Assembly: GCA_903824855.1 (NCBI GenBank)
Contig: CAIJYI010000043.1
Coordinates: 177 to 64,176, forward strand
Length of the DNA: 64,000 nt
Origin: an uncultured bacterium
GTDB lineage: Bacteria > Patescibacteriota > Minisyncoccia > Phycocordibacterales > CAIJYI01
Direction: 5' to 3'
Positions 51,888 to 61,450 of this stretch are shown here, piece by piece. Within the stretch, counting starts at the first letter, position 1. Each line of letters starts with the position of its first letter. Position numbers and translations under genes: made by a program. Below the pieces are notes generated by a model. That model saw nothing but the letters and a program-made list of their open reading frames with translations. It did no database searches and was not told the DNA's origin.

Positions 51888-52454
51888 ATGTTCAAATTGT
51901 TTTTTCAAAAAAAATATAATGAGAAATTAATTTCATTGAAAACAGCTAAAATTCATAATAATGAAAGTGGTTTTTTTCTGCTTTATGCAATTATTTTGAC
52001 TTCAATAATGCTTATTATCGGAATGGGAATTCTTGATGTAACTTTGCAACAAATTGCTTATTCGGGAGTGGACAGAGAATCTGTGCGTGCGTTTTATGCG
52101 GCGGATGCCGGTATTGAATGCGGACTTAGTCTTGATTTTGCTCTCAATAAACTCAGTACAAGTACTCCGCCGGGAACGTACACTCCGGGTGGAAGTGAAA
52201 AGGTTTGTAATGCTTCATCTATAACTATCACCACCACAACTAATCCGCCTAAATTTACTTTTAATATGTGGCTCGACAAAGCATCAGCAAGCAACAAAAG
52301 CTGTGCCAGCGTGACGGTAAGCCGTGTTATCAATGCTGATGGAACGACGGGAACAACCACTATCTCATCTCTCGGCTATAATTCTGAATGCCCTCTGATT
52401 GGAGCCTCAACGCGAATCCCCGTAACTGAAAGAGGACTCATGTCGGTATATTAA
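51888..52454 (+). CDS. Type IV minor pilin (PilX-like)
   Basis: SG-FFLLY (no Glu5), AFYAADAGIE and TISSLG. Confidence 0.8.
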   Translation: MFKLFFQKKYNEKLISLKTAKIHNNESGFFLLYAIILTSIMLIIGMGILDVTLQQIAYSGVDRESVRAFYAADAGIECGLSLDFALNKLSTSTPPGTYTPGGSEKVCNASSITITTTTNPPKFTFNMWLDKASASNKSCASVTVSRVINADGTTGTTTISSLGYNSECPLIGASTRIPVTERGLMSVY

Positions 52455-52571
52455 GGAATTTTTAATTAACGAAAAAATGCCCACAATGGGCATTTTTTAC
52501 AGATTGAAAAGAAAAAGGATTGATTCATTACTTTGACATTAGATAAAACAATTAATAATGTAAAAAAATAT

Positions 52572-52979
52572 ATGAAAGACGAAGAATTATATGATTCATT
52601 CACTAAAGAAGAAATGGAAGAACTTTCCGACGAAGCGAAAGAACGTTGGGGACATACAACTGCCTACAAAGAATCGGAGCAAAAAATGCGAAGAATGACC
52701 AAAGAGCAAATGGACGTGATTAAAAAAGAAGGCGACGATATACTGAAGAAAGGGGTATCTCTAATAGAGAAGAATATACACAGCAAAGAAGTTCAGGATT
52801 TAATTGCGGAACACTATAAACATCTTTCAAACTTCTATACTCCAAATACTGAAATGTATAAAGGGTTGGCGGAAATGTATATAGGCGATTCAAGATTTAG
52901 AGAACATTTTGAGAAGTACCATCCAAAACTTCCACAATTTATGCACGATGCAATGATTGCATTTGTTGAAAATAAATAA
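52572..52979 (+). CDS. Stand-alone TipAS-like ligand-binding domain
   Basis: EAKERWGHT.AYKES, GLAEMYIGDSRF and FMHDAM. Confidence 0.8.
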   Translation: MKDEELYDSFTKEEMEELSDEAKERWGHTTAYKESEQKMRRMTKEQMDVIKKEGDDILKKGVSLIEKNIHSKEVQDLIAEHYKHLSNFYTPNTEMYKGLAEMYIGDSRFREHFEKYHPKLPQFMHDAMIAFVENK

Positions 52980-53079
52980 TATTAAGAAAAAACACACGAC
53001 CAATTCGTGTGTTCATATTTAGCAGAATTGCCACTGATATACAAAAAAATGATACAACATATGTACCATTTTTTGATTT

Positions 53080-53167
53080 TGGCGGAGGGTATGAGATTCG
53101 AACTCATGAGAGGTTTCCCCCTACTCGCTTTCCAAGCGAGCGCACTCGACCACTATGCGAACCCTCC
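53080..53167 (-). tRNA. tRNA-Ser (anticodon GGA)
   Basis: GGAGGGT acceptor, CTCGC-TTGGAAA-GCGAG anticodon arm, long variable arm, TTCGAAT and an encoded CCA. Confidence 0.97.
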
Positions 53168-53278
53168 AAGGTTTGCAAATGTTTCTTTTACTATATCAGA
53201 AAGCAAAGAAAAATCAAAATTTTTTAGCGATCATCCATTCGCGCTATTGCGCCCGCTCGTGTCGTTTGCCATCTTTAA

Positions 53279-53469
53279 TGAGCCGTTTCGTCCTTTTCCC
53301 GGGTTATGCGGTGCGCCCTCCTTACAGGAGCAGTACACCTTTTCAATATTTTGTTTCGCTCACCGGTCACAAAATATTAGAAGAAGGACTTGCGGAATGG
53401 GTCCCAACCCATTCCTCACCTATCCTTCGGCGCGCCGCCGAAAAAGGGAAAAGGACGAAACGGCGAACG
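53279..53469. repeat. Branched inverted-repeat element, long copy
   Basis: Perfect 19-bp outer stem 53282-53300/53446-53464 with internal hairpins; homologous to 32644-32736. Confidence 0.8.
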
Positions 53470-53509
53470 GCCCTCTTGACTTTTGTTTTAAAAGCCGTAA
53501 TATAGTAAC

Positions 53510-53615
53510 CAAGCCGCGAAGACAAGAGGCATCCATAAGCCCTCTCGAGCAGGTCGATCTTCGGTTGTTTGGGTTAATACCCTTACATTAATGCACGGCT
53601 TTTAGCCGTTTTTTG
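53510..53615 (+). promoter_or_regulatory. L10 leader (rplJ autoregulatory RNA) with a terminator-like hairpin
   Basis: GAAGACAAGAGG...CCTCTCGAG kink-turn-like core, then ACGGCT/AGCCGT plus a T-run. Confidence 0.75.
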
Positions 53616-53626
53616 TTTGTTATACT

Positions 53627-54118
53627 ATGGCAATAAATAAAGCGAAGAAATCGGAAATCTACTCACACCTTAAAGAAATCGTAAAAGGGAAGGGATCACA
53701 TGTTTTTGTGAACTTTCACGGATTAACGGTTTCGGAAGCGACCAATATTAGGCGCACACTCCGACAGGAAGGGGTTGGATATTTCGTATCAAAAAAGACA
53801 CTCGCAAAGAAAGCATTTGTTGAATCCGGAATCACAGGAGAATTTCCTGAATTATCGGGAGAACTTGCTATCGCTTACGGAGAGGACGCTATTGCTCCCG
53901 CAAGAGAGGTCTTAAAATTCCAAAAAACACTGAAAGACAAAGTTACAATTCTTGGTGGAGTTTTTGAAAATCATTTCACCACAGCAGAAGAGATGAAGGT
54001 CATCGCTTCCATACCATCACAACAAGTTTTGTATGGACAGTTCGTCAACCTTATCAATTCTCCTATTCAACGATTTGTCACCGTACTCGATCAGATAGCA
54101 GAAAAGAAAAGTGCGTAA
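53627..54118 (+). CDS. rplJ: 50S ribosomal protein L10
   Basis: GLTV...R..LR, KKTLAKKA and IASIPS; lies upstream of rplL. Confidence 0.95.
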   Translation: MAINKAKKSEIYSHLKEIVKGKGSHVFVNFHGLTVSEATNIRRTLRQEGVGYFVSKKTLAKKAFVESGITGEFPELSGELAIAYGEDAIAPAREVLKFQKTLKDKVTILGGVFENHFTTAEEMKVIASIPSQQVLYGQFVNLINSPIQRFVTVLDQIAEKKSA

Positions 54119-54145
54119 AATTAGAAATTTAATTTAAAAATTACT

Positions 54146-54538
54146 ATGGAAGAAGAAAAAGTAGAAGTACCGGCGAAATTCAAAGATCTCGTCGAGAAAA
54201 TTGAAACAATGAGCGTTCTCGAATTACACGAGCTCGTCAAATTACTTGAAAAGAAATTCGGAGTTTCCGCAGCCGCTGTTGCTGTTGCCGGAGCTGCCGG
54301 CCCAGCCGCTGCCGCTGAAGATGAAAAGAGTTCTTTCAATCTTGAGCTTACCGCCGCAGGAGAAGCTAAAATTGCGGTTATCAAAGTTATCAAGGAGGTC
54401 TTGGGTCTCGGTTTGAAAGAGGCAAAAGATATGGTTGAAGCCGCTCCTACAATGGTAAAGGAAGGTTTGAAAAAAGAAGAAGCAGAATCTATAAAGAAAA
54501 AATTGGAAGAAGCCGGAGCAAAGGTTACTCTCAAATAA
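54146..54538 (+). CDS. rplL: 50S ribosomal protein L7/L12
   Basis: [14 protein letters not shown] and [11 protein letters not shown]. Confidence 0.98.
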   Translation: MEEEKVEVPAKFKDLVEKIETMSVLELHELVKLLEKKFGVSAAAVAVAGAAGPAAAAEDEKSSFNLELTAAGEAKIAVIKVIKEVLGLGLKEAKDMVEAAPTMVKEGLKKEEAESIKKKLEEAGAKVTLK

Positions 54539-54585
54539 TAAAAAATTACAAGAAAAAAGCCCGACATTTGTCGGGCTTTTTTCTT

Positions 54586-55638
54586 TTATAATCTTACGAG
54601 TCCTTTTCCGGAGAGACCTAATATTTTTTCCCTCTCAAATTTATCCACAATTCCGATATTTATGTTTTGTTGGATATTTATATATTCACTATATTCCGGA
54701 GAAAGGATTGAATAGGCAATCTCAAATTCAAATGCTTTTTCGCCAAAATTTTTAAAATATACATTGTTGAGATTGGTGCCGTCTTCCTTCAATATAATGT
54801 CACTGATAATTTTTGGAATTTCACGAAGTTTTTTTGCCGGAGTTTCAGGTGAGATTGAAATAGTAAATGTAACTTTTCTTTCCGGCATCATTTTGAAATT
54901 TTGGATGCGGGTCGCGGTGAGTTCTTTGTTGGAGATAATAAGTTCTTCGCCTTGCAATCCACGAAGGCGAGTAGTTTTAAGACCAATTTTTTCGACTGTT
55001 CCGGTATTGTTGTTAGTTACGGGAAGATTTCCAAAAGTAATTAAATCTCCAATCTTGAACGGTTTATCAAAATAAATTGAGAGGGAACTGAAAAGATCTC
55101 CGAGGATATTTTGCGCGGCGAGAGCGACGGCGATGCCTCCGATTCCGAGTCCTGTTGCGAGAGCCGTCACGTTTATTCCCAAACTCGATAATGCCATAAG
55201 AACACCGATAATCCAGAGAGTTGCGCTAATCCCCATATTTACCAAATGGATAGCGGCGGTATCAATTTCTTCATCTGATGCTGTTTTTCTGTTGAGTATT
55301 TTTTGGTCAATTATTGTTTCTGTGATGAGGATAAGATGATACGCAGACCACATGATTATGGTCGCCGTAAATGCTTTTTCTACAAGAGTATGGAGAAGTA
55401 AAGTTCGTGAAGCAATATAAGCGGAAAAAAAAGCTATAAATGAGAATTGAAATTTTTCGGCGAGAAGATATAAAATATTTTCACGATTCTCCCAATTGCT
55501 TTTTAATATGGAATTTTTTGTCGTTTGAAGAGCAAAAAAAACGATGAGGAAAACAATAAGAGAGATAAGATAACCAAAAACGGTATTTTCAAATAATGAC
55601 GTTTCCCAAATTGGGTGTAGAATTATTGATTCAAGCAT
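54586..55638 (-). CDS. mscS: Small-conductance mechanosensitive channel family protein
   Basis: LGIGGIAVALAAQ, DKPFKIGD and GTVEKIGLKTT. Confidence 0.92.
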   Translation of the reverse strand: MLESIILHPIWETSLFENTVFGYLISLIVFLIVFFALQTTKNSILKSNWENRENILYLLAEKFQFSFIAFFSAYIASRTLLLHTLVEKAFTATIIMWSAYHLILITETIIDQKILNRKTASDEEIDTAAIHLVNMGISATLWIIGVLMALSSLGINVTALATGLGIGGIAVALAAQNILGDLFSSLSIYFDKPFKIGDLITFGNLPVTNNNTGTVEKIGLKTTRLRGLQGEELIISNKELTATRIQNFKMMPERKVTFTISISPETPAKKLREIPKIISDIILKEDGTNLNNVYFKNFGEKAFEFEIAYSILSPEYSEYINIQQNINIGIVDKFEREKILGLSGKGLVRL

Positions 55639-55752
55639 AAAAAATTTTATTAACTACCTCCTCATTATTTATGTTTTTCGTGAAATTGTAAACAGGAGGT
55701 GTGCATTACTTTTCTTTAAAAATTTTTTTTTTGATATATAATATAATGATAG

Positions 55753-57603
55753 ATGGAACCATTAACAACAAACTCGGATTTGAATCGCACGGGAATACCC
55801 AGAGATCCGATTATTGAACACGCAGAAGAAGTTGCGAATGCTGATTTGCAGAAAGCGTGGAGGATTTTTCCTTACGCTGTTTTTTTGCTGTTACTCTCCG
55901 GTTTGTTTTCCACATGGAAATATCTTGCTTCGTATTTTAATTTGAATCCGGTTTCGTTAGCGATGATTATTGCGGTATTTTTTGGCATAATTTTTGCTGT
56001 ATATATTAGCTCGCTTCTTATTGTTCTTATTCGTTCTTATTTAGATATACTTAAAACGAGTAGAACTCTCTATTATCAGAATCAAATGTTTTCCCTTATT
56101 GTTGAGGGTGGGAAAGATGCTATTTGGGATTGGGATATGGAGAAGAACAAAATATATTTTTCCCCACAATGGAATAAGATGTTTGGAAATCGTAATTCCA
56201 TAATGTCAGAGGATCCGAACGAGTGGCTTAAACTTATTCATCCTGACGATCAGGCTTCATTTCAACAAAGTCTTAACCTTCACCTTGAAAAGAGAGACCC
56301 AATTTTTCATTCTGAGCATCGTATTCGTACAATAAGCGGAGATTATCGATGGGTTCTTGATCGGGGTCACGCCCTCTGGAATAAAGACAATAAAGTTACA
56401 AGGATTTCCGGTTCTACCTCTGATATTTCAAATTCAAAAGAAGTAGAAAACGTATTAAAAGGGAAGACTGAAGAGCTCGAGCGTGCGAATGATATTGTTA
56501 AACAAGAAAAGGTTAAATATGAGGCGCTTCTCACGAGTATCGGTGACGGAATGATTGCAGTGAATCAAGATGGACACGTTATCGTAATGAATCCTCAAGC
56601 GAGTAAAATGCTCGGGAAAGAGATTTCCGATTCAGTTGGTCATTTTTTCACGGAAGTAATAGCTCTAGAGCAAAATGAAAAAGAAGAGCAACTTGTTCTT
56701 GGCGATAGGCCAATCATGCAAACCCTCGTTCAAGGTATTCGTGTGAAAACCGTTTCCTATTTGTTTCGAATTGACGGGACGAAATTCCCGGCATCGGTTA
56801 CCTCTGCGCCGATTTTTCTCGACAATCGCCTTATAGGAGCTATTATTGTTTTTCGCGATATTACTCACGAAAAAGATGTCGATAAAAGTAAAACGGAATT
56901 CGTTTCTCTTGCTTCTCATCAACTGCGCACGCCTCTCTCCGCCATCAGATGGTATTCAGAAATGCTTATTTCCGAAAAACTTGGAACCGTTAATGAGCAA
57001 CAAAAAAGTTATTTGACCGAGATATACAATAGTGATAGGCACATGATTGAGTTAGTAAATTCGCTCCTCAATGTTTCAAGAATCGACATGGGAACTTTTG
57101 CTATTGAACCGGTCCCGACAGATTTCCGAGAAGTTGCAGAAAGCGTACTCAAAGAATTGTTCGTTAAGATTCAGGAAAACGATATGCATGTCAGTGCATC
57201 GTATGATGATTCGATTCCAAAAATAAATGCTGATCCGAAATTAGTGAGAATTGTATTCCAAAATCTTCTTTCGAACGCGATTAAATACACAAAGAAAGGC
57301 GGGGACGTTTCTCTTTCTCTCACAAAGGATGCAACCAATCTGCAGATAAAAGTTACCGACAACGGGGTAGGTATTCCCGAGAAGGTTCAGGAAAAGATTT
57401 TCACCAAACTCTTCCGCGCCGACAATGCTCGTCTTGTAGAATCGGAAGGAACAGGACTTGGACTCTATATATTGAAATCCATCGTTGAAAAAGGAGGCGG
57501 AAAAATATGGTTTGAATCTGTTGAAAACAAAGGGACCACTTTTTACCTCACCATGCCGTTAGCGGGAATGCAAGCCGTTTCCGGAGCGAAAGACTTGGCG
57601 TAA
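55753..57603 (+). CDS. Membrane PAS-PAS sensor histidine kinase
   Basis: IHPDD (PAS), SHQLRTPL (H-box), NLLSNAIKY, DNGVGI and GTGLGL. Confidence 0.95.
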   Translation: MEPLTTNSDLNRTGIPRDPIIEHAEEVANADLQKAWRIFPYAVFLLLLSGLFSTWKYLASYFNLNPVSLAMIIAVFFGIIFAVYISSLLIVLIRSYLDILKTSRTLYYQNQMFSLIVEGGKDAIWDWDMEKNKIYFSPQWNKMFGNRNSIMSEDPNEWLKLIHPDDQASFQQSLNLHLEKRDPIFHSEHRIRTISGDYRWVLDRGHALWNKDNKVTRISGSTSDISNSKEVENVLKGKTEELERANDIVKQEKVKYEALLTSIGDGMIAVNQDGHVIVMNPQASKMLGKEISDSVGHFFTEVIALEQNEKEEQLVLGDRPIMQTLVQGIRVKTVSYLFRIDGTKFPASVTSAPIFLDNRLIGAIIVFRDITHEKDVDKSKTEFVSLASHQLRTPLSAIRWYSEMLISEKLGTVNEQQKSYLTEIYNSDRHMIELVNSLLNVSRIDMGTFAIEPVPTDFREVAESVLKELFVKIQENDMHVSASYDDSIPKINADPKLVRIVFQNLLSNAIKYTKKGGDVSLSLTKDATNLQIKVTDNGVGIPEKVQEKIFTKLFRADNARLVESEGTGLGLYILKSIVEKGGGKIWFESVENKGTTFYLTMPLAGMQAVSGAKDLA

Positions 57604-57659
57604 AAAGAATATTCGAGTATACTAGGTAATATCTTTCGCCGATAATTTTAAAAGAATTT

Positions 57660-58046
57660 ATGAACCAAAACAGCAATAAAAAAGTACTCGTAGTAGAAGA
57701 TGATCGAATTTTGCGACGGGTTGTTGTCGACAATCTTAAGGCCGACGGATTTATTGCCATTGAAGCCGAGGATGGTCTTGCAGGTCTTCAAATGGCTCTC
57801 TCTGAACATCCTGACCTCATGCTCGTTGATGTTGTTATGCCTAAGATGGACGGGATTTCTTTGCTTGAGAAATTAAGAGAAGATGCATGGGGCAAAACCG
57901 CACAAGTTATCATGCTAACGAACCTGAGCGATACTGATAAAATTGCTTTTGCGGAAAAGAAAGGTGTGAGTGATTATTTAGTAAAAGCTGACTGGGATAT
58001 TACTTCTATTATCGACAAAGTAAAAGATAAACTAAGAGACAAATAA
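57660..58046 (+). CDS. Single-domain response regulator
   Basis: VVEDD, DVVMPKMDG, MLT and YLVK. Confidence 0.95.
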   Translation: MNQNSNKKVLVVEDDRILRRVVVDNLKADGFIAIEAEDGLAGLQMALSEHPDLMLVDVVMPKMDGISLLEKLREDAWGKTAQVIMLTNLSDTDKIAFAEKKGVSDYLVKADWDITSIIDKVKDKLRDK

Positions 58047-58134
58047 AAAGAAAGGCACCCGGTAAGGGTGCTTTTTTGTTTGTGTAAAAAGTTATTGTTA
58101 TACTTTTTCAAAGTATTTAAAATATGTTATTGTA

Positions 58135-60129
58135 ATGAATATGGAAGATCAAAGTAAAATCACCTATTTTGGTAAGGCGGACTTCCGCAATAAAATGACG
58201 AAGTTCGGCATTAAAGCTATCGACCGAACGCGCCATATGTATGTTATCGGAAAAACCGGAATGGGGAAGTCTACGCTTCTTGAAAATCTCGCTGTTCAGG
58301 ATATTCAAAATGGAAACGGTTGCGCTTTTATTGATCCACACGGTGGCACGGCGGAGTTATTGCTCGATTATGTACCAGAGCATCGCATTAAAGATGTTAT
58401 TTATTTTGCACCATTTGATACCGATTATCCCGTAGCGTTCAATATCATGGAAGATGTCGGAAAAGATAAACGTCATCTTGTCGCGAGTGGTCTCATGAGT
58501 GCATTCAAAAAAATATGGGTGGATGCATGGTCTGCCAGAATGGAATACATTTTGGGTAATACTTTGCTCGCTCTATTGGAGTTTCCCGGTGCGACATTGC
58601 TTGGAGTAAATAGAATGTACTCCGATAAAGATTATCGAAAAAAAGTTGTTGATAATATTACCGACCCTTCCATCAAATCTTTTTGGGTTGATGAATATGC
58701 GAAATATGGCGATCGATATACACAAGAAGCCACACCGGCCATTCAGAATAAAGTCGGACAGTTTGTTTCCAATCCGCTTATCCGAAATATTATCGGGCAA
58801 TCCAAATCCACTTTTGACATTCGCGAGGTGATGGACAGTAAAAAGATTCTCATCATGAATCTTTCGAAAGGAAAAGTTGGTGATCAAAACACCAGTCTTC
58901 TTGGAAGCATGCTTATTACGAAGATATATCTCGCTGCTATGTCGCGCGCAGATGCTTCTGCTGTAGAGATGAAAGAATTGCCTAATTTTTATTTCTTTGT
59001 GGACGAGTTCCAGTCATTTGCCAACGAATCATTTGCAGACATTCTTTCGGAGGCGAGAAAATATAAATTAAATCTCACTATTGCTCATCAGTATATCGAG
59101 CAAATGCCGGAAGAAGTGCGCGCCGCTGTTTTTGGAAACGTCGGTACAATGATTACGTTCCGTGTAGGTTCGTATGATGCCGATGTATTGGAGAAAGAAT
59201 TTTTGCCGGCATTCTCCGCAGAGGATATTGTGAATCTTGATAAATACCAGCTATATCTTCGCTTAATGATAGACGGCGTCGGTTCTCGTCCTTTTTCAGC
59301 TGTCGCTCTTCCTCCGATTTCTCGTGAAGGTACTTCCTATAAACAACAGATTCTAGAAAGTTCCCGACAACTTTTTGCCAAGAAAAGGGAAGATGTAGAG
59401 AAAGAAATTCTTGATTGGCATTTGACTAATTATGCTGATAAGAAGCCTGAGAAGCCCGCTGTAAACGCAGGAACTCCAGCTCCGTTTGAGCAATCGAACC
59501 CGACTTTTACTCCGTCTGCCACTCCGAATTATATTCCATCAAAGCCTCAAAATGCACCATTTACTCCAAAGCCAACAGTAAACCAGACGCCTTATCGTGC
59601 CCCTCAAGAAAGAGCCCCTGCTCGTCCTTATACACCACCTTCGTTTTCAGAAGAACCAAAACCTCAATATCAACAAACAAATAAACCGGCCTTCGTGCCA
59701 CGCACTTCCGCTCAGACCTTTGAACGGCGTGCTCCTGTACAAAATAACGCAAACTCGGAATATGTTCGACAGACAGGACAAGAGAGAAGAAGTACCGAGA
59801 CGAATTCCTTTTCACAAAAGCCGATTATGACTCCGCGTCCTGTGGCTCCGACTCAAACCACACCAGCTACGCCAATCTCTTTATCATCACTGAGAAAGGA
59901 TTCACGAGAAGCTATTGCACCTACTCAAAATAGAAATACTTTGAAGGAAGCATTAATGGCAATCATTCCTCCGAAAGAAAAAGAAGAGGCGCCTATTCCT
60001 AAAAAATCAGTAACTCCACCAATCAAGCCTCCCGAAAAAAAAGAAGAGACCACTCAAACATCAGTTGTTGGACACACCAAGGAAATCCCGGAAGATATTT
60101 TAAGGGGAATACTAAAAGTGGACGAATGA
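58135..60129 (+). CDS. TraD/TrwB (VirD4-like) coupling-type ATPase with a long Pro/Thr-rich tail
   Basis: GKTGMGKST, IDPHG, VDEFQ and SEARKY...AHQ. Confidence 0.85.
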   Translation: MNMEDQSKITYFGKADFRNKMTKFGIKAIDRTRHMYVIGKTGMGKSTLLENLAVQDIQNGNGCAFIDPHGGTAELLLDYVPEHRIKDVIYFAPFDTDYPVAFNIMEDVGKDKRHLVASGLMSAFKKIWVDAWSARMEYILGNTLLALLEFPGATLLGVNRMYSDKDYRKKVVDNITDPSIKSFWVDEYAKYGDRYTQEATPAIQNKVGQFVSNPLIRNIIGQSKSTFDIREVMDSKKILIMNLSKGKVGDQNTSLLGSMLITKIYLAAMSRADASAVEMKELPNFYFFVDEFQSFANESFADILSEARKYKLNLTIAHQYIEQMPEEVRAAVFGNVGTMITFRVGSYDADVLEKEFLPAFSAEDIVNLDKYQLYLRLMIDGVGSRPFSAVALPPISREGTSYKQQILESSRQLFAKKREDVEKEILDWHLTNYADKKPEKPAVNAGTPAPFEQSNPTFTPSATPNYIPSKPQNAPFTPKPTVNQTPYRAPQERAPARPYTPPSFSEEPKPQYQQTNKPAFVPRTSAQTFERRAPVQNNANSEYVRQTGQERRSTETNSFSQKPIMTPRPVAPTQTTPATPISLSSLRKDSREAIAPTQNRNTLKEALMAIIPPKEKEEAPIPKKSVTPPIKPPEKKEETTQTSVVGHTKEIPEDILRGILKVDE

Positions 60130-60314
60130 AAAGAATAGAAAATGGAATATTGAGAATAAAAAAAGCCGGTCAAACTGATCGGCTTTTGTTGAATTTTTTT
60201 AAACACACGGAAACCCAAAAAAGAAAAATCAATCTATCATATTTTCTGTACCTGTCAATGTTTGAGCTTAGTTCATTTTCCAGTACAATAGAATAATAAA
60301 GTATAAAGATTTGA

Positions 60315-61445
60315 ATGGAAAAAATAAAATCGAAAAAAATTAAAATACTGATTGCCACACCCCTTTATCCTCCGGAAATTGGTGGCCCTGCAACGTATGT
60401 CAGATTCTTAGAAGAAAATCTTCCGAAGGATCAATTCTCTCTCAGAATTGTTAAATTCAGTGAAGTAAAAAAACTCCCCTATATTATTCGGCATATTGTT
60501 TTTTTCTGGATGGTTTTTAAACGTTCTAAAGGCGGAGATATCATTTATGCGCTTGACCCGCTCGGTGTCGGTCTTCCTTCCGGGCTTGCTGCGAAATTGC
60601 GCGGGAAAAAATTCCTACTTCGCATTTCGGGTGATAGAGCTTGGGAAACGGCCGTTCAAAAATGGAAAATTACCGATTCTCTCGATAATTTTTCAGTGAA
60701 AAAATCATACCCGATATTTTTGCGAATACTAAAATTTGCACAAACTTGCACCGCCAAAATGGCGTGGAAAATAATTGTCCCCGGTAAATATCTGTCGGGA
60801 ATTGTTTCTTCTTGGGGTATTCCTCATGCGAAAATTTTTTCCATCTATAACGCTTTTTCACCCGTTTCCATGAATATCTCAAAAGATGAAATTCGTAAAG
60901 AACTAGGTCTTTCCGGTTTCATCATTGTGAGTGCCGGGCGGTTAGTTCCATGGAAAGGATTTGCAACGCTCATTCAAACTATGCCTGAAATATTAAAGGA
61001 AATACCTGATGCGAAACTCTATATTATCGGAGACGGTCCCGACAAGCAAAAGCTCCGCTCTATCGTTCAATTTTTAAATCTTGAAAAAAGTGTACGATTC
61101 ACCGGCGTGCTTCCTAAATCCGAGCTTCATCGATATATCAAATCCGCAGATGTTTTTGCTCTCAATACATCCTACGAAGGTTTTTCTCACCAGATACTTG
61201 AGGCAATGTCTCTTTCAACTCCGGTTATTACTACTACTTCGGGTGGAAACCCTGAAATGATAGAATCGGGGGTTGGCGGTCTTTTGGTGACACACGATGA
61301 CGCCAGAGCGTTCGCATCATCAATTATTTTGCTTTCTATGAAAAAGGAATATTCAGCAATGCTTGCTCAAAAAGCGAAAGAAAAATCTGAAACATTTAAC
61401 GTTATTAGGGCTGTTTCGGAGTTTATGGAAGTATTACATATATAA
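60315..61445 (+). CDS. Glycosyltransferase family 4
   Basis: YPPEIGGP, GRLVPWKG and EGFSHQILEA. Confidence 0.92.
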   Translation: MEKIKSKKIKILIATPLYPPEIGGPATYVRFLEENLPKDQFSLRIVKFSEVKKLPYIIRHIVFFWMVFKRSKGGDIIYALDPLGVGLPSGLAAKLRGKKFLLRISGDRAWETAVQKWKITDSLDNFSVKKSYPIFLRILKFAQTCTAKMAWKIIVPGKYLSGIVSSWGIPHAKIFSIYNAFSPVSMNISKDEIRKELGLSGFIIVSAGRLVPWKGFATLIQTMPEILKEIPDAKLYIIGDGPDKQKLRSIVQFLNLEKSVRFTGVLPKSELHRYIKSADVFALNTSYEGFSHQILEAMSLSTPVITTTSGGNPEMIESGVGGLLVTHDDARAFASSIILLSMKKEYSAMLAQKAKEKSETFNVIRAVSEFMEVLHI

Positions 61446-61450
61446 ACTTT

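Noticed and set aside
55656-55700. ACCTCCT...AGGAGGT inverted repeat between mscS and the kinase
   Set aside because: It is only 7 bp, and neither SD-like arm is at a usable distance from a start codon. It may be chance.
60127-60129. Recoded TGA (genetic code 25)
   Set aside because: Core genes are full length under code 11, and TGA behaves as a stop at 60127-60129.
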